Of a DNA stretch of 36,365 nt, positions 11,380 through 22,838 are shown in pieces (position 1 is the stretch's first letter; the number at the start of each line of letters is the position of its first letter). Both the position numbers and the translations under genes were made by a program. The DNA lies in NCBI GenBank assembly GCA_013115125.1, contig JABANN010000350.1, positions 1-36,365 of the forward strand, written 5' to 3'. A model generated the notes under the pieces. It was not told where the DNA came from. It searched no databases and saw nothing but the letters and a program-made list of their open reading frames with translations. This stretch comes from Perkinsus olseni (Eukaryota).

Positions 11380-12588
11380 ATGAGTGGTCCAACTGGTGAT
11401 GGAATTATAAACGTGCCCGATGCCGCTGGCGTCGATAAGATTCTGCAGCAGATCGTCGCCAACACCGCCGACCCTACCACCACCAACGGCGCCCCTGAGG
11501 GTGGCCCTGAAGGTTTCGTCAAGAATACATTTTTAGAGTTTGGTGTTAAGCCAAGCGTCTTTAATAGGGCTTCAACGTGTCCGCCTGGGACTATGGGTGC
11601 GGAGAAGGAGTCTGCAGCCGCCCCAGGTGGTGCGGTGACTGCTATGGCTCCTGTAGGGGCGGAGCTGGCTTCGATGGGCGGACTAGAGGCTGTCAGCGAG
11701 GAACCAAAGAGCGGTTCAATTTCGCCAGCTCCGCAAGTTGATACTCCCCCGTTCTCACCGGGCTTCGTTTCTGCTGGACATCAGCAGCAGCAGCAAGAGG
11801 AGGGTGGCGGTGAGGCTGAGGAAGAGCTCACTACGGTCATGCTGAGGAACATCCCGAACAAGTACACTCAGAGCAGCCTGCTGGAGGCGATCGATGAGAA
11901 GGGCTTTAAAACGATGTATAATTTCTTCTACCTGCCGGTGGATTTCAAGAACGGTTGTAATATGGGCTACGCCTTCATCAACTTTGCTCATCATGATTAT
12001 GCCGTGAGGTTCATGGAGGTCTTCGACGGCTATCAGTTGCCAGCTGTGCGCTCGGTCAAGATATGCGCGGTGTGCTGGGCCAGGGTCCAGGGGCTCGAGC
12101 GTAATGTTGAGCACTACCGCAACTCTCCGGTTAACGAGTTGCCGGATCCTCAATACCGTCCACTGCTGTTCGGCGCTGACGGTAGCGATCTGCCATTCCC
12201 GGCTCCTGATCAGAGTTCTAAGAGAAGCAACGTTCGTCGTATGCTTGCAGCAGTGCCGGGAGGCGGTGGCCATGCTAGTCACGTTGAGAACGGCGGCGGC
12301 GGACCCCGGGCCAACAGGCGTCACGGTAATGGCGCTCCCAACGCCGCCAACAAGCTTTTTATTGGTGGTTTGAGTCCTACTACTACTGATGATGACATCC
12401 GGGCGCACTTCTCGCAATTTGGCCAAGTACTGGACTCTACCGTGGTTCGGGACAGGAAGACGGACGTGTCTCGAGGCTTCGGCTTCTGTACTTTTGCCAG
12501 CGAGGCTGTGGCAAGATACGTTCTTGAACAGCGCCATTGGATCGATGGCCAGAGTGTTGGAGTGAGGCTTTACTCCCAGGATAAGTAG
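11380..12588 (+). CDS. Mei2-like RNA-binding protein (Mei2 RRM3-type domain plus a canonical hnRNP-A/Musashi-like RRM), 402 aa, intronless
   Basis: TTVMLRNIPNKYT...YNFFYLPVDFKNGCNMGYAFINF...WARVQG is the Mei2 C-terminal-type RRM. KLFIGGL...SRGFGFCTF gives RNP2/RNP1 of a second RRM. Confidence 0.93.
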   Translation: MSGPTGDGIINVPDAAGVDKILQQIVANTADPTTTNGAPEGGPEGFVKNTFLEFGVKPSVFNRASTCPPGTMGAEKESAAAPGGAVTAMAPVGAELASMGGLEAVSEEPKSGSISPAPQVDTPPFSPGFVSAGHQQQQQEEGGGEAEEELTTVMLRNIPNKYTQSSLLEAIDEKGFKTMYNFFYLPVDFKNGCNMGYAFINFAHHDYAVRFMEVFDGYQLPAVRSVKICAVCWARVQGLERNVEHYRNSPVNELPDPQYRPLLFGADGSDLPFPAPDQSSKRSNVRRMLAAVPGGGGHASHVENGGGGPRANRRHGNGAPNAANKLFIGGLSPTTTDDDIRAHFSQFGQVLDSTVVRDRKTDVSRGFGFCTFASEAVARYVLEQRHWIDGQSVGVRLYSQDK

Positions 12589-13778
12589 TCATGAGCTAGT
12601 CCATGTGCGGCGGTTAACGGCGTCGTACGGTCGAGCGATGAAGTACTTTAGCATCATTTGAGAGTTGGGAAATGGTCTCTTTCTTATTGTTGGTAATGGT
12701 AGTAGTTTCGCTATGTGTTGAAGTGTCCGCTTGTCCTCTGGGCGAAAGGGAGTCGCCTTGTGTCGATGCTGTCGGCATTTCTCTATAACTATTGTCACCG
12801 CTGCCGCGCTTGCTCGGTTCATAAGATGGTACTCCTTTGTCTACGCAGTTCTTGCTGTTGTAGTGTTAGTCGGAATGGTTGGAGGCCTAACCGAAGCGCC
12901 TGTTGTGTGTGAATGTCCGGCTCGCTGTTCTCTGATGAGCCCGAGTACAGCCTCCTGTGGACTGACCAGCAGGCGAAGTCTGGCTACACTTCCTGCGTCA
13001 AGGCCGAGCTCTGCGTGCCCTACTTCTTCAGGGATGTCGGCAGATGTAACCGAAAGTAATAAGGGTGAATTCATTCGTCTTTGAGTTAGTAGACGCCGTC
13101 CGCCTGACACGCTTTGTGATTCTCTCTTGAACGTTGTGGGCGATTGTTAATATGGGCTGACCGCCGCTCGGAATTGTGCCTGCGTAGCCTATCGTGATTG
13201 CAGACTGCAATTTGCAGTACACTGCATAGCTTCATTACCAGTGGTAATAATAAGAATGAAGGCTTCATTATGAATCTGATGATGGCTCCATGGCAGTCTA
13301 TCACTGTGCGGAGGAGTTGTGGCTGCTATGCATGGACCATAAGCAATGGGGTCGTAGCTCGTGTGTCGTGTTATTAGCTAGGCCCTCAGCACTGTTGAAT
13401 GCAAACGTCGAGTTTTGTCGCGGCTCGAGACGGTTTTGGGCAAAGACGGGGGATCCGTCCTGAAGAGTCCGTCACGGAGCCTCCCGTCACTTATCTGATG
13501 CGTTGTGTTGCTCATCGATGTTGATGCTCAGGTACCCCGAGGGTCAGCCGATAGGTCGCTCTGGTGTCTTTGACTACCTCTTTGATTTTTACAACTACTT
13601 CTTCCCTACACACCTCCCTCGGAACTGGTAAGGCAGCCCCTGTCGTCTGGAAAAGGGGACAGCAGCACACAAAGTGCTAGAAGTCAGCCTTGGCCGTCAT
13701 TTCTTAGCTAGTGCGAGGGCCCTTTTCCTTTTTTTTAGTATACTCACCTACAGGGATATAACGGGCAAGAATCCTCGC

Positions 13779-13943
13779 ATGAGCGATGTCGATAGACGCT
13801 CAGATTGTGTGACACGATGTGACAGGCAGGCCTGGGTTGAGTGGAGTCGGTGGAGGTGCCACGAGCGTTGTTGGGATAAGTTTACGGAGGTCCCCGGTTC
13901 CACCTTCATTAATGACAATGGGGAAGCGGCTACTGATGAATGA
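13779..13943 (+). CDS. Putative 54-aa microprotein with twin CX3C motif
   Basis: MSDVDRRSDCVTRCDRQAWVEWSRWRCHERCWDKF.... It is preceded by a polypyrimidine tract plus AG (13721-13738) and followed by a TG-rich 3'UTR-like tract. Confidence 0.5.
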   Translation: MSDVDRRSDCVTRCDRQAWVEWSRWRCHERCWDKFTEVPGSTFINDNGEAATDE

Positions 13944-14114
13944 GAACGAGATTGGAGTTTCAGAATAGCACGTGTTGATGATGATTATGTGAAAGTTTTT
14001 TCTTGTGGTTTTGTGTTGTTGTTGTTGTGGGGCACCGCCCTGTTGTTGGTAGTATCGTGCGCGTCAGTTACTTCGTTTTCCTTGTGTCCTATTATTTATC
14101 TGTAAATTGCTAAG

Positions 14115-15560
14115 ATGTCACCAATCTCGGCTGACAGCCATACAGTGTGTGATCTCGAAGAGGCCGCCACAAGGAGCCAGTCGACAGTATCGGTCGAAGT
14201 CGAGAAGCCCAAGGTGGACGACTCTGAGATCGCCGAGGCCAACGGTCATTCGCAAAGAGAAGAAGGCAACTTTATCACTCGAAGTGGAGCCTGGAAATCT
14301 ACCGCTCGAAAACTGAATCAGTGGTGGACTAGCTTCAAGAAAGATCCTCGCTTCTTGCTTGACTTGGTTATCGTCTATGTATCGGTCATTGTTGACTTCA
14401 TGGGCTACACTATGCTCTCGCCAGTATTTCAACAAGTCGTCCGAACCCTCGGAAACGGAGGGTTAGGCGATAGCCTTGGTGCCTCCATGCTCATGACCTT
14501 CTACGCCATTGGGCAGTTCATTACAGCGCTTATCTACGGCCCCCTCTCTGATCGGTATGGTCGAAGAATTGTCTTTGTTATTGGTTACACGTTCGCTTGC
14601 GTATTTTATATACTTTTGGCCGTTTCTTGGGATTACTGGTCCTATGCCATCTTCAGATTTTGCGGTGGCTTGGCAACTGGTACTAGGCCTGTCGTTTTCT
14701 CCTTCTTAGGAGACATTGCCACCCCTGCGGAGATGCCCTTCTATTCTGCCTTCGTCTCCATCATGATCGCCATTGGCGCTGTAATGCCTATGGTCGGTGG
14801 GGCTCTCGGCGACATTTGGTGGAGGGCTCCTGCGTGCTTCGGTGCAGGTTGGACGGGCTTCTGGGCTGTGGTCTGCATTCTTTGGCTTCGAAACCCGAAG
14901 AAGAACGACAGTGTTGGTGGTGGTGTTGTTAACGCTGAAGGCAAGGTGTCATTCCCTATTATGAAGACCTTCCTCTTTATCGTTGTGCTCAGCATGATTA
15001 CCTACACCGGTTTCTGTACTCAGTACACCAACATGTCCATCATTACTATTTTCCCTTGGTTGCTCGAAAACAAGTTCAGGATGACAGAGAGTGATGTTGG
15101 TTTGATTATGGGTTCCGATGCTATCCCAACCTTCCTCAGTCTAGTGGTACTCTTCATGCCACTGTCGAGTTGTGGTGTACCGATGCCCTTGCTAGCCTGC
15201 TTGGGTATGATATTCCATTCCGTTATGATAACGCTGCCATTTGTGAATAACGAAACTGGTGTCGTTTTCCTCCAGTATTCCCTTAACTTGGGCAATTCGC
15301 TCGCATATGCGTCCGTGCCGGTGATCGCTAAGCTGATAGCGCCAGCGCCTCGGCGTGGTTTCGTCAACTCCATTGTCCTCTCGGCCACTCTCGGTGCGGG
15401 TATATTTGGTCCCCTTATTTCCGGCCCTCTTTTCAATGTTTGGCTGCCTCTGCCCTTCATTGTGTGTTTCTGTATCTCTGCTACTGGTGCAATATGTATG
15501 CTCTTCTGCTGGAAATTGGCTCCTATCCTGATGAAGCGGCTGGAGGACGGGTCGAATTAG
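14115..15560 (+). CDS. Major facilitator superfamily transporter (DHA1/TetA-like), 481 aa, intronless
   Basis: About 12 hydrophobic segments. MFS motif A GPLSDRYGRR, FRFCGGL (motif B-like), and APRRG before GPLISG in the C-terminal half. Confidence 0.93.
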   Translation: MSPISADSHTVCDLEEAATRSQSTVSVEVEKPKVDDSEIAEANGHSQREEGNFITRSGAWKSTARKLNQWWTSFKKDPRFLLDLVIVYVSVIVDFMGYTMLSPVFQQVVRTLGNGGLGDSLGASMLMTFYAIGQFITALIYGPLSDRYGRRIVFVIGYTFACVFYILLAVSWDYWSYAIFRFCGGLATGTRPVVFSFLGDIATPAEMPFYSAFVSIMIAIGAVMPMVGGALGDIWWRAPACFGAGWTGFWAVVCILWLRNPKKNDSVGGGVVNAEGKVSFPIMKTFLFIVVLSMITYTGFCTQYTNMSIITIFPWLLENKFRMTESDVGLIMGSDAIPTFLSLVVLFMPLSSCGVPMPLLACLGMIFHSVMITLPFVNNETGVVFLQYSLNLGNSLAYASVPVIAKLIAPAPRRGFVNSIVLSATLGAGIFGPLISGPLFNVWLPLPFIVCFCISATGAICMLFCWKLAPILMKRLEDGSN

Positions 15561-16118
15561 GGTTGGGTGACAACCTGCCGACGCCGAAGTACGACGATTC
15601 ACCTCGAATGGTTCATTGAATTTCTTTACTCTGTTGTTGTTGTTCTTGTCTTTGACTGCCACATCAATATACTGGACGACCATCATCATTGAGGGCGGTC
15701 CTCCTCCTGCTACTTATATCTAGTTCAAGCTATGTATGTCGCCAGTCCCATTATAGCAACGCATCGTAGTCGTCGCTCTGCAATCTAATGGGAATATGTT
15801 CCTCCTAATTTATAGCGGAGCGTTGCAGCTGCAGTTCGTCAAACGTTTGGACGACAGGCATGATGTACAGCAGGAATGTGGAAAAGTAGTCACTCCTCTA
15901 TTATCATTGATAAGATGAAGATGATGAAAACTGCTTAAGTCAATCGTTTTGGGTAGCTCTAGCCCCCTTACAACGAGTGTTACATAATAATCAACCAACT
16001 CTTTGTTGTGTTCTGTCAGTAGTGGTGGTTTCAAACCACTGGTTTGGTGCGCGAGTGAACAACATGAGCATACAGTCGTTGGGCGTTACGGTATCGTCAC
16101 GCAAATCACTGCGTCCGT

Positions 16119-16305
16119 ATGCTGTTGCACGAATGAACTTATACTTTAATGCTGTTGCACGAGTGAACTTATACTTTAATGCTGTTGCACGAGTGAACTT
16201 GTACTCTAATGCTGTTGCACGAGTGAACTTGTACTCTAATGCTGTTGCACGAGTGAACTTATACTTTAATGCTGTTGCACGAGTGAACTTATACTCTAAT
16301 GCTGT
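16119..16305. repeat. 30-bp minisatellite, about 6.2 copies
   Basis: Unit GCTGTTGCACGAGTGAACTT(A/G)TACT(T/C)TAAT starts at 16121, 16151, 16181, 16211, 16241 and 16271, with no spacers. Confidence 0.97.
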
Positions 16306-16613
16306 AATTAGTGTAGCTATACTCACATCGATAACATCCTTCCAATTTGCCCATCTTATTTGGGGCTTCATGTGCATGGTATGCATACAGGGCAGTGACT
16401 GCATACACCGGTATAGACAGCTTTTCTCAGCGAGCGTATCAGTGTGCGTTCAAACATGTTCGTTACTGAGCTATAGTCTTATTTTCTAGACGTCTGTGCG
16501 TGGAGCGATGCGTTCTCCGATATCCAGGGGTTCAACATTGTCGGTCATCGTCAAGAGAATCAGGTCAATTTTGAGGACAGTTCGGCATCACAGGTATGGC
16601 AAAAGTTGGGGTA

Positions 16614-17121
16614 TTCAGACAGGGATAACTTGTTTGATTTGTTCTCATACCGCTTTGCGGTCTGAAGGTGTCCTAAGAGTTGGTCATCATTTACCACATT
16701 GGAACAACGATGAAGATTCTCAGCCCCGAAAGATGATAATACCATGTTCTTCACAGCCGTGGGCTACTCTGGAACACGGACCAAGTATGTCTATCATCAT
16801 CAAATCCACTTAATAACTTAAAACTATTCACATTCAAAAGCTTCAGACAGGGATAACTTGTTTGATTTGTTCTCATACCGCTTTGCGGTCTGAAGGTGTC
16901 CTAAGAGTTGGTCATNNNNNNNNNNNNNNNNNNNNNNNNNNNNNNNNNNNNNNNNNNNNNNNNNNNNNNNNNNNNNNNNNNNNNNNNNNNNNNNNNNNNN
17001 NNNNNNNNNNNNNNTCATTTGCTCTCATACAGTAATTGAATTCAGCCCCGAAAGATGATAATACTATGTTCTTCACAGCCGTGGGCTACTCTGGAACACG
17101 GACCAAGTATGTTTATCATCA
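16614..17121. repeat. Direct duplication straddling the assembly gap
   Basis: 16614-16687 equals 16842-16915 (74 bp identical). 16720-16799 matches 17042-17121 (80 bp, 2 mismatches). Confidence 0.9.
16916..17014. other. Assembly gap (99 N)
   Basis: Run of n characters. Confidence 1.
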
Positions 17122-17531
17122 CTATTCTCCCAATCATCCACTTGTACCAACTGCAACGTACTCACACAAGCAAAGCAAGCTAAGAGAGTATAGCGAGCAG
17201 AGGGTCCCTCTAGCCGTAGGTGAACGATGAGATAGGTTGAAGAGGTCCAATCCCAGATGCCTATAATACGGCCGTAAGATCAATGCCAGATCTCAGTACT
17301 TCTTAGAGGTTAAATTTGGTTCCTCACCAACAATAGGAGGATTGACAGATAAAAGTGTCATCATAGAGAGGATTGCATTTAATACATTGATGATTATGTT
17401 CTACGTGGATGAAATGAGGATTTGCGAAATCGATCAGCTAATCGATATTGTACGAACAGCTCTTCAGGGCGAGCGCTGAAGACAGCTCACTTTCCCTTCC
17501 CGTCTGTTCTGTTTTACTTTTTTGTGGTAAC

Positions 17532-19413
17532 ATGACTGACGTGGCTGCGGTGCCGATCTCAGAGCTCCTGCATGATGCCGAGAAGGGAGGCTGCCAAGCT
17601 GGCATCACGTACTTGCAGCAGTTGAGACTGAGGAAAATGGTAGTACACAAATCTGCACTCAAATGCCGCTCTAGAACTACCATGTAAACTGAACTTAGCT
17701 CACGTGGATTGACATCGTGCTGCCAGAAAAGGGAATCTTATCGTGCTGGTGTCCTCGAGGCTCCGAGTTTCTCGGCCAGCTGTTGGCTCATGCAGCCTTA
17801 AAGCTCCACAGTCAAACAAAGGTCCCTCAGTACTTCCCTTCTTTCTTAATCACCCTAAAGCTGTATCCCATAATTCGAACTTACATGGTACGGCAATCAC
17901 TAACAGTAAGATTCCATTACGTTAAGCTCCAGTCCACACGGACCGGAAGGGGCTCAGTCTCGCCGTAATTTATCGGTGAACATGCTAAATTATATCAGCT
18001 TAAACACTGGGGCTCCTCAACGTCATGCGCTCGCTGTGCTGCTATCTAGTTCCAAGCCTTTCATTTGCTGACAGACGCTCCTCCCGAATGAACTCAATCT
18101 CGAATTTCGAGTTGCCTGCAAATGTTGAACATCGGCTAGGTGGTATCGAGAGGGAGATCCTCCTCCCATGCTCAGGTGGACCCACACAGCGTCTTGTGTA
18201 TCGGCTCTCAGCTATTGACTAAGTACTCTGGCAAGCTCGGTGATGAAAAGTGGCCTGTAATAAATCCGGGGCTCATCCGAGCTTCGACCTAGCCCGCTCT
18301 AGGTGCTAGAGCAAGTTCTGTTGGCCTCCTTGCAAGCTGGCGCCGACGATTGGAGCGCGTATTGTTTGAAATCCTTGAAGAAAAGATTCCCGAAATCGCA
18401 CAGGGTCCAGCGATTGGTAATGATAGCGCGAATTGTCAGTTCGGTTAACGGTGTTCGTTCTCGGCAGGTTGGACAGTGTAACGAAGCAAGAGGAGACTAT
18501 GACGCTGCTGAGGAGGTGTATGAGGGTATTATGGAGGAAGCTAGTGATGATATGGTCACTGAGAAACGCAAATTGGCGGCTAAATTGGGAGAGGCTGGGG
18601 TAGTAGGCAGTCATACCACTCCTTTCGGAAATCGTCCGACATATCATATGGTTGTTGTTCTGCTGCAGTCCACCACTGCTGCTGGTGTAGAGGCCTTGTC
18701 GAGTGATATCGCCAACTTCCAAACGGATACTGAAGTGTGGCAGCAAGTGGCAATGGCCTACGCTGCCCAGGGACAAGTACAGCAGGCGGCCTATTGCTTC
18801 GAGGAGGTAATTCATCGGACTGACCCGGTCGATAGAAGCTTTCCTTATCCATCGTGCTGTACATGCTGCGATCGCCACGTTTTCGGGTCCAATGGGCGCC
18901 GGGTGTCGCGTTAATTCTATTCTTAGTGTCGCGGTAGTGGTCCGCAAAAACTCTTCGAGTCGCCAGCTGCTGCGGTCCGCGTTCTGTCGAACTAGCCTGG
19001 TCGTCTTCATATGACCATCCCATCAGGTGCTCCTGGCGATGCCCCATAGCATCTACAACATTCTCACCTACGCTGAGCTCCTAGCCAGCGCCGGACAGTA
19101 AGAGCGGATTTTCAGTATCAGCCTCATCGCTTTTCCGGTTTCTAGGACGGATCACGCTCGCAAGTACTACTGCTTAGCCCTCGAGCACGATGAGAACCAC
19201 GTGAGGTAGTATAGTATGTTCAGCAACCGCCTGCGGCCGTTGTAGTGATGTGTGCGCAGGGCTTTATGGGGTTTGCTCACGACCATACCGCCTAATGCTG
19301 ATAACAAGACTGAAGCCAAGCTGCGGAATCTTGCCGTGGGTCGATTGCGCTCGATCTATAATCAGCAGCCAGCGAGCTCTACCAAAACAGCTATGCTCAA
19401 GCTCCTAGCTTAG
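17532..19413 (+). CDS. EMC2: ER membrane protein complex subunit 2 (TPR protein, TTC35-like), multi-exon
   Basis: Spliced translation: ...YLQQLRLRK...KLGDEKWP/VLEQVLLASLQAG...CLKSLKKRFPKSHRVQRL/VGQCNEARGDYDAAEEVY...KRK...FQTDTEVWQQVAMAY...QQAAYCFEE/VLLAMP...YAELL...ARKYYCLAL...R/ALWGL...*. This is the EMC2 motif order. The first exons are approximate. Confidence 0.85.
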
Positions 19414-19511
19414 ATATCTTCACTGAGTTTCCTTCGAAGCTTTGCTGTCGAGCTAGATGACTCGAATGCTCCACAGTTTTTCTCAGTTGGATTTTTTATG
19501 TTGCCCTGTTC

Positions 19512-22500
19512 ATGGGTTGCGGCTCGTCCTCGGGAGCCGCTGGAGGGGCCGCTACCAGCCAGGCCAAAGATGATATATCATCTGAGAGCTCCTCCGCCAC
19601 TGGGGAGGAAGCGGCGGAACTCAGAGGGCGGCTTGCTGAGCTAGGGGTGGTCACTGGCGAGGCGGACACTTCAACGTTGAGGGATCTGCTTCGGGGCATC
19701 GCAAGCGGATCAGGAGCAGGCCAGACGGCTCTGAATGTACTATATTGGTAGTTGTCTTGTAGAGTGTGTATGATTTGCCTTATTGAGAGTGGAAGCGGCG
19801 GTCGTTGCTTGGAAGCTTGCTGAACTCGCGAGCATTGGCAAATCGCGGAATTGTCGTTGCCGTCGTGTGCTCCAGCACCTACGATTTTTATTCCATGATG
19901 GAGTTTTCTCTAGAAAGATCGAACCTGAGCGAGATCAGCCTACCATTTCCCCATCTTGCGTCTACTGAGGAAGTCGCTGTTCTTACTAAAACCTCAGCAG
20001 CAAGCACTCAATACCGCTGTATAACGGGAGACTGCCTAGGCGACTCCGAAAAGTCCTTTCAAATTTGTCACTCTCACGATTCAATTCAGTAATTTGATTT
20101 TTTCTAGCCTACCGATTGGTTGATCTTTTCGGTTGGTGCCAAGGTAAGCATGATGGTCTGACGCTACTTTCTAAAGAGGGCGTTCAGCCGAAACGCTCCG
20201 AGCGCCTGGATTAGTTAGTGGCAGACCCAAGAAATCACCGGTTCGGGCCTACGTAGTCCTTGCTTGCATGCCCTTGCTCAACGCCTTCTAGTTTCGTGTC
20301 TGGGATGGATTACAAACCACTTCTCTCAGGAAGTGCATTCAACGATGCTCCTCAAATGGCTAGCCATTTCCAGAGGCAGGCTGGCGCAGGGTCATCATCA
20401 ATTAACATACGGCCATGATTCAACCAGTGAACAGCAGTGTCTCGTCGACCCCTGCAGGCCCACTACTCCGCTTCTTTTCAAGCGGACCCTTGGGGATGAG
20501 GTGAGCTTTATGTTGTATCGGGGCGCTCGAGTTCGGCGTCGTGCAGGCCACGCCGCAGAACACCCCGCGGGTGGGTGGCAGACCACTACTGGGGATGGAG
20601 CTCAGAGAACGAGGAGGGTTGAAGTCTAGAATCAACGGCGATGAACCAAATTTCGTGCAAGAAATGTTGTCTACACGACGGCGCGATATGGCTGGCCAGA
20701 GCATCCGGCTTGGCCTGAATCGTCAGATGCCCCATAATTCCCAAGCCCGCACTGCACCAGCGCAACCTCGAGGAGGTGAGATCTGGGACTCTCCGCCATG
20801 CGGTCTTCCGTCTAGAATAGCTCGGAAGCTGTCTCTCGTGATAGAGGGGAACTGCCTCGTGTCTCATCACTCTCGCTCTGGCATTCTGTGCATCGCCGAG
20901 GGCTGCTGATAATTTTGCGCTACTAAATCGACCTCGATGAAGTTCTCGGACTTCTTATCAAGCGCCTAACAGAACTCACGCGCTCAGATTCCTCCGCGAC
21001 CCCAGCGTTTGGCGTTGATACGCCGGGTTTTGGCGTGGCTGCAACCGGCTCTGATGACTCCGCACAGTCCCACCTCGCAGAGCTCGAAGCTGCCGGTGAC
21101 TCCTATAGTGGACCTCAAGCAGTCGGTGCCACTGCGGTGCATAAAGAAGTACTCAAGGAGGATGAGCTCGAGAGGAGTGCAGTTACTCCCATCAAAGTCA
21201 CGACGGAGTCGGACTCGGTGGGAGCACAGGGACACCAGAAGGCCATTGAGAGCTTCACCGTTGGACGGCGAACATTCCAAGTTGGCGAAGTAATACCTCG
21301 GAGATCATCCCGCGAGTGGATAAACGTTGCAGATTGCGCTGTATTGGAGCGCGTCTAAGCACCAATGGTTGAAGTGTCGTGTCTGCCGTCTCGCCTCTGA
21401 TGGGCGTCGCGTGGTCATCGACAAACAGCTGACAGGATGCACGGCAAGGGTCGAGTAGGTTTCGTCTTCTGAGTTTCCCTGAAACTAGGAGTACCGATGC
21501 TAATGCTACTCGTCATAGTTTGTTCCGGATGATACTCGACGAGCTGCGACTTGAGAGATGCCGTCCGTACGTTAGTTCTTCCCTCTCAGAGTTTCCGATA
21601 TCGTCCAGGCCGGCGACGCGCGTGGCGATAAACCTTTGGCTGCTTTCGAAGTCCTCGAGAAGGGTATTTATCATGTCTTCGATGGGCACTCATGAAGACG
21701 CTGATCGTTGTGTTGAAGACGAGTCAATCATGAGCATCACGCGAAAGCATCGGAGGCGGGATAGACATACACCGCCCGCAGCGCCTCGAGAGTGTCACCG
21801 ACGGCGATACCTTCGACGACGGCTCGCCATTCGAATGCTAGGAGACAGAGAAGAACGCTTCGAAACTTGGTGTGAAAACTTGGAGCCCTCACGATTCCTC
21901 GACGCGGAATCTCCTCACTCTTCCACTGAGGAGACACTGAGGAGAGAATATCTAAAAACCCTTCTCCTCAGTGAGAAGTGAGAGCTGTTCCAAGAAACTT
22001 ACACCATTCGAAAGCTCTGCAAATTTGAGATCTAACGAGCTCTGAACCCCCAGTGTGTTCATGCTTCAACTCAATGAGTTGAACTCATTCAGGTCAGCTC
22101 TGGACAAATTTTTACCGGACTGTATCATTACTTCATTTGCTCACGGAGATCCAGCCAGGACAGATCTTGTCTGAAGGAATCTTTCGACTTGATTTGCTGG
22201 TGCGAATTTGGATACTCCAACGGCGCGGTGAGTGGCATCCTAGGGTTGTTCACTCGTTGCGCTACCTCTAGCGTCGCTGGCTAGCCCTGTTGAGTTCACC
22301 AACGGGGTTAGAGAATCTTCCATCCAGGCTTCGACCGCCCGTTCGAAGTGGTGTGAATGAGTCGCGGGCAGTGCGCGGTGGGCTTCAAGCTGCAGACTGG
22401 CTCTCAGTGAAAGCTCGACTCGAGCGAGTTCTGTATTGCCACGGTCCAGAATGCCTTCCTCCACCCGTCACGCATAAGTCTCACTCGAGCTGGGAGGCCG

Positions 22501-22637
22501 ACCTGCTCTCGAACAACATAAAGAGCGCGTTGGCCCGACATAGCCGGCTCGGCAATCGTGGCACTAGAGCTGCGCTCGCACGGGAGCAGTCGGCAGTTGC
22601 TCAGAATGCAACGCAAGCCATTTTCTCGCGCCGTTGA
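19512..22637 (+). CDS. Multi-exon hypothetical protein with N-terminal myristoylation/palmitoylation motif (could be more than one gene)
   Basis: Starts MGCGSSSG, with TCAGTT 29 nt upstream. Protein-like segments bounded by GT/AG continue on + to a stop at 22637. No family recognised and the exon chain is unresolved. Confidence 0.4.
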
Positions 22638-22838
22638 GTGAGTCCAGTGCTCGAGACTGTCTACTGCACGCACCAGCCAAGCAGTGGTACGCGAGTACGA
22701 GCAACCCTTCGCAACCTTTCTCGGGTCCCCCCCACTACGAGGAGCCAAGAAAACAGGTAGATTTTCTCCATCGATAACCAGCGCCGAGCTTAGCGTCACT
22801 GTTTCTTAGGCACCAAACATCCGGCTATCACGATTAAC

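Noticed and set aside
16119..16305. CRISPR array
   Set aside because: Head-to-tail repeats without unique spacers, eukaryotic context and no cas genes.
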